Origin: Eledone cirrhosa
Lineage: Eukaryota
Reading direction: 5' to 3'
Assembly (NCBI GenBank): GCA_964016885.1
Contig: OZ024741.1
Span: 155,868,001-155,932,000, forward strand
Length of the DNA stretch: 64,000 bases
The notes under the pieces were generated by a model. It saw only the letters and a list, made by a program, of their open reading frames with translations, was not told the origin of the DNA and ran no database searches. This document shows positions 27,213 through 40,700 of this stretch, piece after piece; positions within the stretch are counted from its first letter, which is position 1, and every line of letters starts with the position of its first letter. A program made the position numbers and the translations under genes.

Positions 27213-27947
27213 TAATAATTTTACTCAGAATTAGTATCATGTCCATATTTGGAGGTAGTTGAAGAACTAACGAATCAAATTGTATTTTTCATATGGTGTT
27301 AAGAGGAAACGTAATACGCTTTAGTTGAAGTCATGACCCTTTGAAAGAAATGGTTGAAAGGTGTTAGTAGAAATGGCATAAAAATCTATTAGGATGGAAG
27401 GGGATTGTCAAAATGATAGTTGAATGTATCTTGTATAGTGAATTTAAAAGGAATGTCAAAATAAATGGTGATTAGTGTTGTATTGAGTTTTAAGGTGAAT
27501 ATAAATTAATGTTATGGCTAGGTAAGATAGTATATTAAAATATGAAAATTATAATAAGATAATGTGATATAGTAATGCGATAAAATACAACAGCATATAG
27601 TACGGTGTGGTAAATTGCACCCAGTATAATATAACATATTATACGCTCTAAAATATTACTAAGTATGTTTATGCATAAACAATCAAACTCAGATAAGTAC
27701 ACGTTGGCATAGTTAAAACACATAAATTTCATAGTCTACAAAGTGCACATATTCACACCACATATAGAGAGAGGTACAGTTATATTGATATCTAACCAAA
27801 ATATTCATACGTGCAAATAGATGCAAACCTAAATACACATCCACACGCATGCATATAATCATATATATACATATCCATATTTATCTATATCCACACATAC
27901 ACATCTATACCCCCATATATACATATACAGATACATATACATATACC

Positions 27948-27985
<38 letters not shown>

Positions 27986-28314
27986 CGCACATACACATAC
28001 ATACATATATACATGTACATACATATAGACACACACATACATACATATATACATACACGTATACACATATATACATATATATGCATATATATATACATAT
28101 ATATATACATATATATACATATATATACACATACATACACACACATATATATACATATACAACACACACACACACACACATACACACACATATATATATA
28201 TATATATATACACACACTTGTGTGCGCATATGTACACTCTTCTTACATGTGCACATACTCATATAAACATTCATACATCTATACTCACATATACACACAC
28301 ACAAACACATATAT

Positions 28315-28380
<66 letters not shown>

Positions 28381-29004
28381 TATCCAAAATTAAGATAAAT
28401 TAAATGAATTTAATCTAAATCAAAATTATGGGTGTCATGCCAGAAAGACATGCGCCATATCACCCGGAAAATAAGCTCTAAGATTCTAACGAGTAGGTCC
28501 GAGCATTTTATAATAACTAGAAATTGATTAACATATATATAAACATGAATAATCACAGGAGATAATTTTTACAAGTGTGTAACCACACATAGCTAGGTAG
28601 GTAACTAAATAAAGTTGACCAGAACTTCAAAAATAGATACCTTATAATATGATTAATCTTCCCTGTATATATTCTATTAAAGAAATATATTTCACCAATT
28701 AATCGGATGGTAAACCACGGAAATGGAGATTTGGATTTTCAACAAGGAAAAAATTTCCAGCAATCCGTGTTTACACTACAAGTTCAAAAACTGCGGCTGG
28801 CCATCACCACGTGTAGTATTTACTAGAAATACACACATCATAGTAGCTTCGTCCCAGTGGCGTGAATAGGTTTATCGACAACTAGAAACAGCAGTCGAGT
28901 CCTTTCAACAGAGTTAGCTCTACAATTAAGGAGCCGTATTTATATATCCATATATACCCATACGAATGAGGACGTTTTTCGTATTCGTCCTATTCGAGAA
29001 ACCC

Positions 29005-29039
<35 letters not shown>

Positions 29040-29394
29040 TATACCAAACATCTTTAATGTAATCAATCATACTACATAAATAAAATATATAAATGAAATC
29101 ATAATTGAATTAAACAAAAATCAAAGCCTGACATAAAACAACTAATAACGAAGACGCGATTTTAAATATATGTTTTCATGTATTTCTCAGCTTCAAAATT
29201 AATTTGTGATAAGTCTGGTGGAATAGAGTATGAACTCTTATTCGATTTCATAAGGTTTCCAGAACAAAGCTAACACTAAAATCATTTCTTACGCACGGTC
29301 ATTGCGTAACACCTATAAGAGAGAAATGTAATTCGGTGTGAATGTGATAAATGATTTACTACAGAGACACTGATAAATAAGACTTATAAAACGG

Positions 29395-29665
29395 ATCCTC
29401 GCCGGTTCCGACGACGAGTGTTCAAGTTTTTCGATCAACGGAACAGTCTGCTCATAAAAGTAACGTATAAGTGGCTCAGTATCCTAGAGATACGTCTAAT
29501 CTTAATGTAATCCCCAGGAGATTCAGCGTGATTCAGTGTGATGAAGCTGTAATTTTGAAATGCATGTACATTCAATCTTGTATTTTTAGTTAAATGACTA
29601 AGCATACCTCAGATACATCTACAAGAAGATTCAGCGGGACACATTATGTGACAAGGCAGGCCTTT
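29395..29665. repeat. SINE-related dispersed repeat fragment
   Basis: GATCAACGGAACAG...GGAGATTCAGCGTG... with internal duplication; related sequence near 41260-41390. Confidence 0.5.
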
Positions 29666-29989
29666 GTCATGCTGCAGAACTGTCTGAATCATTCCAGTTC
29701 CATCTTCTATATATGTAGTGATCTAGCATGGTAAACGCAAAGTACGATTCTCCCCTGAGGATGGACAAGACATTTGTGAAGATATTAATTATATTCATGG
29801 AGACTCGTATACATGAATGCAACGTGAATGAGGGGTGGTTATTCATTGATTCTTGAAACACCAACGTTGCTTCTTCATAACGAAAATATAGTTCCTTCTG
29901 TTGTTATTTCACATAATACAAACATGAAAGTAATGTGGTAATGTGCAGTTGGATTTAGAAGAACTTTAATATGAGAAACATAAGTGAAA

Positions 29990-31030
29990 TATTTATGGTG
30001 TTGTTGTTTTATGTCAGTGGGAAAGTAGAATCAAGTAAAAACCACTATATTGAGAAGAATTGGCCAAAACGCCTTTCATTTGATTCTAGAAAGACAGGCT
30101 CAACCACACACCTATCAGAGAGCGGCCGATTCTTTGACAATTTGATCTCTTCGGCCAGCTGTGCAGGAAAGGCTGGACTGGTAGCCTAATGTACCAGGTT
30201 GCCACTAGAGTAGGTGTCACAACATGTCGCATGCCAGATGAGGAGCCTACTTTCGCTGAATGGGAAGGTTGTCACACTGTCTGGCATTTTCTGTCCTCTC
30301 CTCTTTGAAGGCAGCAAGGCGTGGGAGGCGGTCTGCTTTATAACGGGATGACAGTGGGAGGAGACCCAAAGAATCTGCAGTAGAACCACAACGGCATTTA
30401 TGAGGCTCACCGATCCAAAGGCCGATCTTCAGGGAAATATCGATGCGCAAGCAGTCACTGTCCAGCTGAATGCCAGTCGAAAGTGATGGTACTGCATTCA
30501 GCAAGGCATCACTGTTGGGTTGGGAGGCCGAGCAAAAACATGACAGTGGTGCTGATCGAGTCGGCACACTAGCATGTCTGAGGTCATGTTGAATTGACTG
30601 GCGTTCTATTTATTTTGTGGAGACTAGAAGCATACGGAGGGGAGAGGAGGATGGATGTCTGCACGGCGTAGGCCGAGCTGGTTCCATGTGACGTAGGCCA
30701 CCTTACGTTCACCGATCACAGTCGGTCAAGTTGCGTTGTGGAGAACACTGTTGATAAGGACGCAGCATGAAATCACAGAAGAAAGAAAAGCAGACCGGGC
30801 CAGCGAGGCTGGATATCGGAGACAGGGGCCTCCATATATAACAATTAAGTTGGCCTGTTGCCATCTGATGTCATCAAACTCAATGTTCCATATCTCCTTT
30901 GCAGCCCTCAGTATGCAGCGTTGAAAACGGTGAGGGAAGAAGCTTGACAGTAGCAGGGGGCACTGCGGAAGGTGTATAAGAGATTCGACATGACGAAGTA
31001 GTTCTTCAACAGACAGTCGTGCCGAGAGGG
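29990..31030 (-). mobile_element. CRE-clade non-LTR retrotransposon 3' part (post-RT, CCHC, restriction-like endonuclease), pseudogenised
   Basis: WQQANL...GG...R.PASLARSAFLSS; LNAVPS.STG..LD...LRI....+GL...PHKCRCG; PD..T..P......IW.ATC.DT. Confidence 0.75.
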
Positions 31031-31287
31031 CATCGATCAAGTTCCCGAACAATGTATGCACCTCTCCAACAACACATACGCAGATACACATAATGAAGAA
31101 TGAAATACAACTCACCACGCACGTACCCCCTTTGTTATCCTGTTTTAATTTGTGAACTACATCTTTGAGTTTCTTATAATATTAATGAAGGGCTAACGTC
31201 TGATGCGTTGACCTTTCCTTTTCTTCTCCTTCAGTCAAGCGTAAAGCTAAAGAGACTATTATTGTATTTCTGTATTTGTTCTGATTT

Positions 31288-31355
<68 letters not shown>

Positions 31356-31432
31356 ACGAAGGAAATGTGGTAAGGAACCAGGTGGACCGTAACGCACCAA
31401 AGTACTCAATACTTGGGGTAGTAGAGTGGGTA

Positions 31433-31540
31433 ATAGGAACCAGTAAGACCCCGACAGCTGAGCTCAAGCCGTTTCGACTATTTTAGTCCAGAATTAGCCG
31501 TCGAAACGGCTTGAGCTCAGCTGTCGGGGTCTTACTGGTT

Positions 31541-31545
<5 letters not shown>
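31433..31545. repeat. Short perfect inverted repeat carrying hammerhead 3' halves
   Basis: ATAGGAACCAGTAAGACCCCGACAGCTGAGCTCAAGCCGTTTCGAC and its exact reverse complement with a ~21 nt spacer; each arm reads GAAA CGGC..GCTG TC outward. Confidence 0.85.
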
Positions 31546-31582
<37 letters not shown>

Positions 31583-31726
31583 CTCGACACGGCCAGCGGG
31601 AAAGACAATAATTCAATAACGTAAAGACATAATAGATAACAGTCAAAAACAAACACTACAATCAAAATAAAAATGATATACACATACACACACACGCAAA
31701 AACAAACACACACACACACACATACG

Positions 31727-31820
<94 letters not shown>

Positions 31821-31892
31821 GATATATATATGCAAAGATACATGCATATATATGTGTGTGTGTATATTATATATATATATATATATATAACT

Positions 31893-31990
31893 GTAGGCAC
31901 AAGGCCAGCAATTACCCAGTAAATTACAGGTACTTTATTTTATCGACCCCGTAAGGATGAAAGGCGAAGTTAACCTCGGCGGAATTTGAG
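31893..31990 (-). mobile_element. SINE family A fragment
   Basis: Shared core sequence. Confidence 0.8.
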
Positions 31991-32039
31991 GTTAACTTAT
32001 TTATCGCCCTTATATACATATATATATAACGGCGATAAA

Positions 32040-33261
32040 TTAGTTTTGCGAGGTTTTTGATATGAAATCGTGTGTCGAAACAAATATTGTTATACTTGGG
32101 GAGGGTCATATTTGTGTAATATTGCCAGAATTAATAACAGAACACACTCACTGTTTGGTTGGTTTTCGCTTTTCGCTTCTGTGTCTTTTATATCGGTTAA
32201 TTTAATTTATTCGGTCCTCAATGTTGCCATTGACTGACCAACGGTCAAAAATACAGATACAATATAGACACAAACACATATATATAGTCTATCAAAGTTC
32301 TTTCGTTGCACATCTGCAGCATCGTCAGTGGTGGTATTGCTTCCTCTCGTTGCATCGTATGTCTACGCCATCTTTATTCAGTCTGTTTATATATTTATTT
32401 ATTTGTTTCTTTTTTTTGTCTTCTTTGCGCATGCGTTTTCGTGTGTGTACAGTGTTTTGTTTGATGTGTGTTCGTGTTTGGGTGACTGTGTATTGGTTAA
32501 TGTATTCTATCTTTACTAGTGTGTGATTATATGTGTTTGTTGTTATTGTGCTTGTGTATGTATTTATTTATTTATCTATTTATTTATTTATTTATTTATT
32601 TATTAATACTTCTCTTAGGTCAGTGTTGTTTGTTTGGGTGTTGTTATTCCATTCATTCTTTCTGTTTAGCCTTGGCCTTCTAAGTTCTATTTCACTGGCC
32701 TCTCTGATTTGCCTATCTGCTGGGTCATTTCTATGTTTAGATATTATTCTAATTTCTATGTTGTCTATGTTACTATCATGTTGTTGTCTGGCATGTTCGT
32801 ATAGTACTGAACCGTTTTTTCGTCCTTTTAGTTCCCCCCAGTGTTGGTCTATCATTTCACCTATGCTTCAAGCTGTCTCGCCTATGTATGTTGTTGTCAT
32901 GTTTCTGCAAGTACCCTCTGTACATCTTATGCTATAGACTACGTTTCTAGTTTTACAGTTTATCCGGGGCTTTATTTTAAATATGATACATTTCCTATTA
33001 GTACAGTGGGTTTTCTTAAAAGGGTAGGTTTTGCTGCTCGGGGATTTTATGGTGGTTCCTGGCTTTTCTACCACCTTAATCTTTAAGTGGGTCTTTCTCA
33101 GGACCTTTCTACACTGGTTATCTAATTTCCCTCGAGGGAATAAATTAAATTACACCGATATAAAAGACACAGAAGCAAAAAGCGAAAACCAACCAAACAG
33201 TGAGTGTGTTCTGTTATTAATTCTGGCAAAATTACACAAATATGACCCTCCCCAAGTATAA
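32040..33261 (-). mobile_element. PLE family B-related 3' fragment (GIY-YIG) with inverted terminal repeat
   Basis: ORFs 32868-33074 and 32592-32855 (CKTRNVVYSIRC...YIGETA; HWGEL...HARQQH...RQIREA...LNRKNEW); 33140-33261 is the reverse complement of 32089-32210; HHR-like motif at 32291-32332. Confidence 0.85.
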
Positions 33262-33738
33262 CTTCTCAATCTTGGCGCAAAACCAATTTTTTATCCACAT
33301 GACCTCTACCGACCAATCAAAATTCTTTTGACCAAGAATTTTTGCTGGAGCCACTTTTTTAACATTTTAACATAAAAACAGTCTTGGCGCAAAATCAACT
33401 TTTTACATTCACATGACCTCTACCGACCAATCAAAATTGTTTTGACCACAAGCATTTTTGCAACACAAAAATAACGCTGGAGCCACTTTTTTAACATAAA
33501 AACAGGTAGAATTCCCAAAACTAATCAGATCAGAGCAAACAGCACGGACACTCTATCTCAATATTATTTTTGAAAAGCATTTAGAAATGCGCAACCGGTA
33601 AAAACTTGAAAACTTAAAACCACAACTGAATACTAACCCATACAATCACTAATACTCTTTTATTCCTAATTAAACCATTTTTCAACTGTGAACAATTTGT
33701 CAGCATTTTCTATTCCGTTTACCAATATATAATAACTT

Positions 33739-35103
33739 GTGTGTTACACCTCTATTCTTTTAACTATCATATCCTCACACGAGATACAGAAAATGCCAAC
33801 AAAAACGGATACAACCCTCATCAACTCAAATGAAGAGATCCTACAGGAACTCAAGAAAATCAACACCAACCTATCTTTGCTGGTCGACAAACTTGACTCC
33901 ACAAATAAGGAAACCGCCACCGGATACAAACCCTCCGAAATCGGCGACAAACTCCAAAACCTTTGCGATACTATCCAAACTATGTTCACTACTACCAACC
34001 CAGGAAAAACCAACGAAGAACCATGTGAGATTGATTCACACAAAATGAAAATTCGAACAATTCCAAAATGGAACAAATCCCTCAGAGACAGAAAGTTCTC
34101 ATTCTGGAAGATGATACAAAATCACAACAAAGCAGAGATATATGAAAAATGGCTTAACTCAACCCCTGTAACTCTCCCCCGTAAACTACAAATAAAGTCC
34201 ATTCCAAATGAACCCGAACCTCAAAGACACCTTAGGGAAAGAATGGCATTGGAAAAAATGAAGACAGAAATTGAACTTCTTAAACTGAGGGCCCAGACAA
34301 ATGAGGAAAAAATCAAAACCATCGATGAAGAGATCCTCCTGGAAATCAACAACAAAACTGAAGGCCCCAAGGTAGAGAAGATCTCCAAATTATGGAAAGG
34401 GGACTGCAACAGAGAACAACTGAAATCCCTTCAACGCTGGGAAAAAAATGCCGCTTGGTTCCTACACTATGAATCGACTTTTCAAACGGATTACACCTCC
34501 AATAACCCGTTCATAAAAATAGGAAAACCCATAACTGAACCGCACAACAACTTCCCAAACCCCCAAGCCTCAAACAAACGAAGAAGGAAGCACCACACCG
34601 AAGATGAACTTCCCAACATCGCTACCATAAGAAGGAACAAAAACCCAAGAAATCATCTCCCCCCGAATGACATTTACAACTTTCCCCCTTCAAGGTGACA
34701 CCATACCAAATCACTCAACTACTACGCGGATTCCTCATCGTCAAACATAGGGAAAAGATACCACCGCCATGATAGATGCAACAACTTCCCCGCTTCAAGG
34801 GGACAGCAAGGTAATTACCATTTTCTCAACTCTCACTTCCACAATACACAACAAACCCACACCACACGATACAACCAACAACGTAGGCCACTTATAACAC
34901 CACAATACAACATGGCACATAGAAACACACACCCATACTCGCAGTACAGGAACACCCCATTCAATCTACAACCACCAACCCGAACCACATTTTACAACAA
35001 CAAGGAATATAACAAACACAGGAGACCACTTAACATCAGCAGACAACCCCTCTACCCCAACCATTTTTTAGACACAGCACACAGATACAGGCAAACAAAA
35101 TAA
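33739..35103 (+). pseudogene. PLE ORF1 (charged, probably coiled-coil N-terminus; Asn/His/Pro-rich C-terminus) with one in-frame TGA
   Basis: 33739-34698 and 34912-35103 are in the same frame and 34699-34911 has no stop. The TGA at 34696 aligns with GGA in an internal repeat (NFPPSR* vs NFPASRG). Confidence 0.7.
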
Positions 35104-37381
35104 CACAAGACAGGGAGGAGAAACCGATAGTAATAAAAATTATCAATCTTACTAGTGCAGAACCAACACCCAACCTTATCAACTTACTCTCCAAAGGTCT
35201 TAAATTCACACCGACCCCACTACGTCCTAACTACTATGAAATGAAGGAAGTCATCACAGACTTCTGTAGAAAGTTACGACTTAGTGAACAACTATTCGAC
35301 CAGTACAATGAGGATGAATCATTAGCCAGAAATAGAAGCAATTACACTCCTTCAAAAGGTAGAAATAAAATCCTGGACGAATTCTGTTCACAAACTTCCC
35401 TTACCAACACTTGCACAGACAAAAACACAAGCCAAACCTCAACAAGAAAGAATGGGAAGAATTAAATAGATTAAAAACCTACAGAACCATTACAATTAAA
35501 GAGGCTGATAAAGGGAGTACAGTAGTCCTAATGGAGACAGAATTCTATATCAACTTAGCGCTCTCCACTTTGGAAAACGAAACATACTACGAAAAGGCTG
35601 AACACTACAATCAACAGAAAATTATGAGAAACCTAAATACTCTAATCAACCAATACAAAGAAGGACTCACTAACAAGGAATTCAGCTTCATTACAAACTT
35701 CACAAGTAAATCCAGCCTTTTCTACGGTATCCCTAAAGTACATAAAAGCGAATCAATCAGTAAGGCATGCAAGGAAGCCACAGACGTAGTCATCAATGTC
35801 CCCTCACCGAATGATCTCAAATTAAGACCTATAATAGCAGGCCCCTCTTGCGAAACGCACCGTCTTAGCAACTTCATTGATACCCTTCTCAAACCCTTCC
35901 TCAAGCACATCAAAAGCTATATAAGGGACGACCTAGATATGCTCAATCACCTCCCTAATATGCCACGTTCTGAACAAACCCTACTAGTGACGTTCGATGT
36001 AGTCAACCTATACTCCAACATCCCCCACAACCTAGGAATAGAAGCTATCCAATTCTGGCTGGATAATTTCCACAATGAACTCCCACAACGCATCAAAAAA
36101 GAATTCGTGATAGAGGGACTCAAATTTATCTTGGAGAACAATTACTTCGTTTTCAATAACAAACCCTACAGGCAGAAATCTGGGACCGCTATGGGAACGA
36201 AAACAGCCCCTACTTATGCCAACCTAGTCATGGGATACCTGGAAATCACCCTCTACACTAAAGTCCTAAACAAATTTGGAAACACCCTCCACTTACACAT
36301 TGAAAGGAACTGGAAGCGATATCTAGATGACTGCTTCATCCTTTGGCACGAAAACATCGAAAAACTTAAAGAATTTCACACCCTTATAAATGGGCTCAAC
36401 ACAAATATTAACTTCACGATGGAATACAGCCATCAACAACTCCCCTTCCTCGACATCCTCATTAAGATTCATAACAAAAAAATAGAAACAGACATATACT
36501 ACAAGCCCACAGACTCCAAGCAATACCTCCCCTTCAACTCTTGCCACCCTAGACACGTTAAAATTAATATTCCCTACAACTTAGCCAAGAGAATCTGTAC
36601 TATAGTCTACAATAAAAACATCTGCTACTTACGGCTACAAGAACTAAAGGACACACTCATAGGCAGGGACTACCCTGCATCACTAATTGACAATGGAATC
36701 CAACGTGCCCTAAAACTCAGTACCCAGGACCTTAGACACCCTAAAGTAAATCAACCAAAACTAAAAGCTCTTCCATACATCTCCACACACAACCCCCTCA
36801 ACAATGAGGCATTTGACACCATCCTCCAGAACATCCCTGTATTGAAAAAGGACCATAGAATGAACCAAATTCTACGAACACACGATATCATAAAGAGCAA
36901 AAGACAATCCAAGTCAATGAAAAACATTTTAACACATGCCAAAGTACTGCCAACCACAACAACGAAACCCACAGTAAAAAAATGCGATAGACCCAACTGT
37001 GGCATTTGCATCAACCTAATAGAGGGTTCGGAATTCTATTTCAAAGATGGACAACGTTTTATAGTAAAACACAATTTCACATGTGTATCGGAAAATCTAA
37101 TATATGTATTAACTTGTTCAGGTTGTCGAGAACAATACATAGGCCAGACCAAAAACAACCTCCGCCAACGCATGACTGTCCATAGATCCCAAATTAAAAT
37201 ACGGGAATACAGGAAAATACCACTGAGTGAACACATTGATACCTGTGCCGCCCAAAATCATCCCAACTTCAGAATCTTTCCCCTCTACAAATTTAAAGAT
37301 AATGCCACCCACACCCAGCGCATCAGCAAGGAATCTTACTTCATTAACAAATACGGACCCCGTCTAAACACTTCTCCCTAA
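35065..37381 (+). pseudogene. PLE reverse transcriptase + GIY-YIG endonuclease (Neptune-like CxxxxCxxC linker), one frameshift near 35390-35430
   Basis: IINLT...LLSKGLKFTPTP; IKEADKG; FYGIPKVHK; RPII; FDVVNLYSNIP; GTAMG; YLDD; FLD; CHP; CDRPNCGIC; LIYVLTC..C..QYIGQT; LN. Confidence 0.92.
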
Positions 37382-37531
37382 GACGAACCCACAACATACA
37401 CACGTCAACATACATACCTACATCAGCACACATCTCTACCCACATATAAACACAATGACACACGTAAACACACATGCTCTATGGTGCAATACAAAAAAAT
37501 ATATGTGCATATATATGTATGTATATATGTG

Positions 37532-37570
<39 letters not shown>

Positions 37571-37716
37571 AATATATGTATGTGTGTATATATATATAGT
37601 GAATATCATTTCACACCTTTTATTGTTAAGATTTTTGATGTTCTATTAAGAGAACCGATTTTACTGAAGAAATCGAATAATGTACACCATTTTACCAGGG
37701 GGAAAAAAATACTGGT

Positions 37717-37765
<49 letters not shown>

Positions 37766-37994
37766 CACAAACACATACACACGCGTACATCAACATAAAA
37801 AGAGACTTATACACACACACACACACACACACGCACTTCTCCGTATAAGACAAAAGCTGAAAAATATCTTTTGACCTTCGAATGACTCTGCTATATACAC
37901 ACACACACACACAACACACACTTATCTTAATAGCCATTTGACACACATCGCTGCTGGCCATTGTCGCAGCATCGAACACCTTACTACTACTACT

Positions 37995-38096
<102 letters not shown>

Positions 38097-38588
38097 ACAC
38101 ACACACACATATTTGTTGTGAAAGAGTCATTTCTCAATCTTGGCGCAAAACCAATTTTTTATCCACATGACCTCTACCGACCAATCAAAATTGTTTTGAC
38201 CAAGAATTTTTTCTGGAGCCACTTTTTTAACATTTTAACATAAAAACAGTCTTGGCGCAAAATCAACTTTTTACATTCACATGACCTCTACCGACCAATC
38301 AAAATTGTTTTGACCACAAGCATTTTTGCAACACAAAAATAACGCTGGAGCCACTTTTTAAACATAAAAACAGGTAGAATTCCCAAAACTAATCAGATCA
38401 GAGCAAACAGCACGGACACTCTATCTCAAAATTATTTTTGAAAAGCATTTAGAAATGCGCAACCGGTAAAAACTTAAAAACTTAAAACCACAACTGAATA
38501 CTAACCCATACAATCACTAATACTCTTTTATTCCTAATTAAACCATTTTTCAACTGTGAACAATTTGTCAGCATTTTCTATTCCGTTT

Positions 38589-38620
<32 letters not shown>

Positions 38621-38621
<1 letters not shown>

Positions 38622-39085
38622 AGTATGTATACGTACATACATATATGTATACAGACGTACAGTAGTATGTAGATATATATACATGCATGCACACATATAT
38701 ATATGTACGTATGGATTCACCGAACATTTATTATAATGCTCGGTGTGTTTGTAAACAAACATCCCGTATTAAGCCGTACAGTGTCTAGCAACCATCGTTG
38801 CTCATTTGTTCAACACTGACAAAGGAACGCTGTACTAGTTTCAAGTTTATTAGCTATCGTCAGCAACGTATACCTTCCTGCCAGATGATTGAACGTCTGA
38901 AAGTATATACTTTCCTTATACATATTAACGGCTGAGCAGCCTAATTTGCATATCGAGTGAGTTAATCGGCCGGGGTACCGAAAACGATAAACGGAAAAAA
39001 TGAAATGAAATTTCATTTATCACTCTTAGTACGGCTGTTACTTAAATATAAGTATGTACACGTACATACATATATGTATACAGAC
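38621..39085 (-). mobile_element. Non-coding hammerhead-bearing repeat with terminal redundancy (retrozyme/pLTR-like)
   Basis: AAGTATGTA.ACGTACATACATATATGTATACAGAC occurs at both ends; HHR at 38827-38869 (-); homologous to 14250-14480 and 3105-3235. Confidence 0.7.
38827..38869 (-). ncRNA. Type I minimal hammerhead ribozyme motif
   Basis: ACGTTG CTGACGA TAGCTAATAAACTT GAAA CTAG TA CAGCGT; 6-bp stem I with one GU pair, GUA cleavage triplet. Confidence 0.8.
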
Positions 39086-40700
39086 AAAATATTCTGGGGA
39101 GATATATCGTACAGACACGTTGAACATGATAATAATGTTGAATGGTTGCAAGGAGTGAAACGAGCGTTACAAGGAGTACGGCAACAAGAGAATCTGATAA
39201 TGACATTTGACAAGGTGACAAATCAAATGAAGCGAATGTCAAAATGGAAGGCAAACGGCTCTGATGGAGTGCATGGATACTGGTTAAAGAGAGTTAGCAA
39301 ACGCATAATCAGATGACAAAACAGCTTAATGAAATTGTAGTAAATAAGAATGTACCAAGATGGATGACCAAAAGCAGGCCATGTCTAATCCAAAAAGATG
39401 AAAGAAATGGTAATTTAGTTTCCAACTATATAGGCCAATAACGTGCTTGCCAATGATATGGAAGTTGCTAACAGGTTTGATTGCAGAGAAGTTGTATCTG
39501 CACATAAAGAGCTAGAAGCGGTATTTCCTAGTAGAGCAGAAAGGCTGTAAAAGAAATAGTAGAGCCACAAAAGACCAGTTGTTAATAAATAAAATGGTGT
39601 TGAAAAACTGTAGAAAAAGAATGACAAACTTATGTGTGGCGTGGATCGATTACAGGAAAGCTTATGATATGATCCTCCTCTCGTGGCTTTGGGAATGTCT
39701 AGATTTAGTAAAAAATACATTTTTGAAGAACTCAATGATACACTGGAGATTTGAACTAATATCAAAAGGAGATTCCTTAGGAGAAATTAAAATAAAGAGA
39801 GGAATTTTCCAAGAAGACAGCTTATCATCGTCATTGTTCGTGGTGGCAAAGTTACCGCTGTCTAAAGTACTTACTAAAATAAAATACGGATATTCACTAG
39901 GAAATGGAAGAAGCACCTTGAATCATCTATTATTCATGAATGACCTCAACTTATATGGGAAACACATCAATGAAATTGATTCATTGGTCCAAACAGTAAC
40001 AGGGTTTAGCGAAGACATTGACATAGGATTTGGGATAGATAATTGTGCACTATTTAAAATTGTAAGAGGAAAAGAATCAGTCTTTAGGAGACAGGGAGGG
40101 CTACAAATACGTTGGAGTGATAAGGTACTTAGCAAAGCGATGAAAAGAACAATTATACAGGAGTATTTCAGAAGAGTCATAGGTATCTTGGGATCACAGC
40201 TTAATGCTGGAAACATGATAACGGCAAGGATCTCCAGAGTTAGGTCTGTCATAAGACTTGGTGCTGGAATTATCGACTGAACAGTCGATGAACTGAAAAA
40301 CAGAAATAGAAAAAGAAGAAAGATATTGAATATATATCGAGGCTTATCCTCAGGCAGACATTGGCCGACTGTATGCGAAAAGAGCAGAAGGTGGGAAAGT
40401 ACTGATCAGTGGTGAGGAGAGAGTGTTTGTGGAGAAAGAGAACTTCAGCGAGTATCTAGTAAACAAATAAAGACACACTTTTAAAGGAGATCACAAAAGA
40501 AGGAATCTATGATGGAAAGGGAGACTCACGAAAAAAAGAAAGAAAGTAGAAATAGCCACAGAACGGAAAGCCAGGTTCGAAGCGAAACCATTACACTCAG
40601 CCAATGAAGTAAAGATAAGGGCTGTCAGAAATGATAATGACACTTGGACTTGGGTACGGAGAGGTCACTTCAAAAATGAGACAGAGATTTTGATTATCGT
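39086..40700 (+). mobile_element. Second, older R4/Dong-like RT fragment
   Basis: [46 protein letters not shown]; many disruptions. Confidence 0.82.

Noticed and set aside
34696-34698. ORF1 TGA as selenocysteine or programmed readthrough
   Set aside because: It aligns with GGA in an internal repeat and not with a Cys; a simple nonsense mutation is more likely.
35390-35430. Second frame break in the RT ORF as a programmed frameshift
   Set aside because: No slippery heptamer in phase; it falls within a normally continuous region, so it is probably a decay or sequencing indel.
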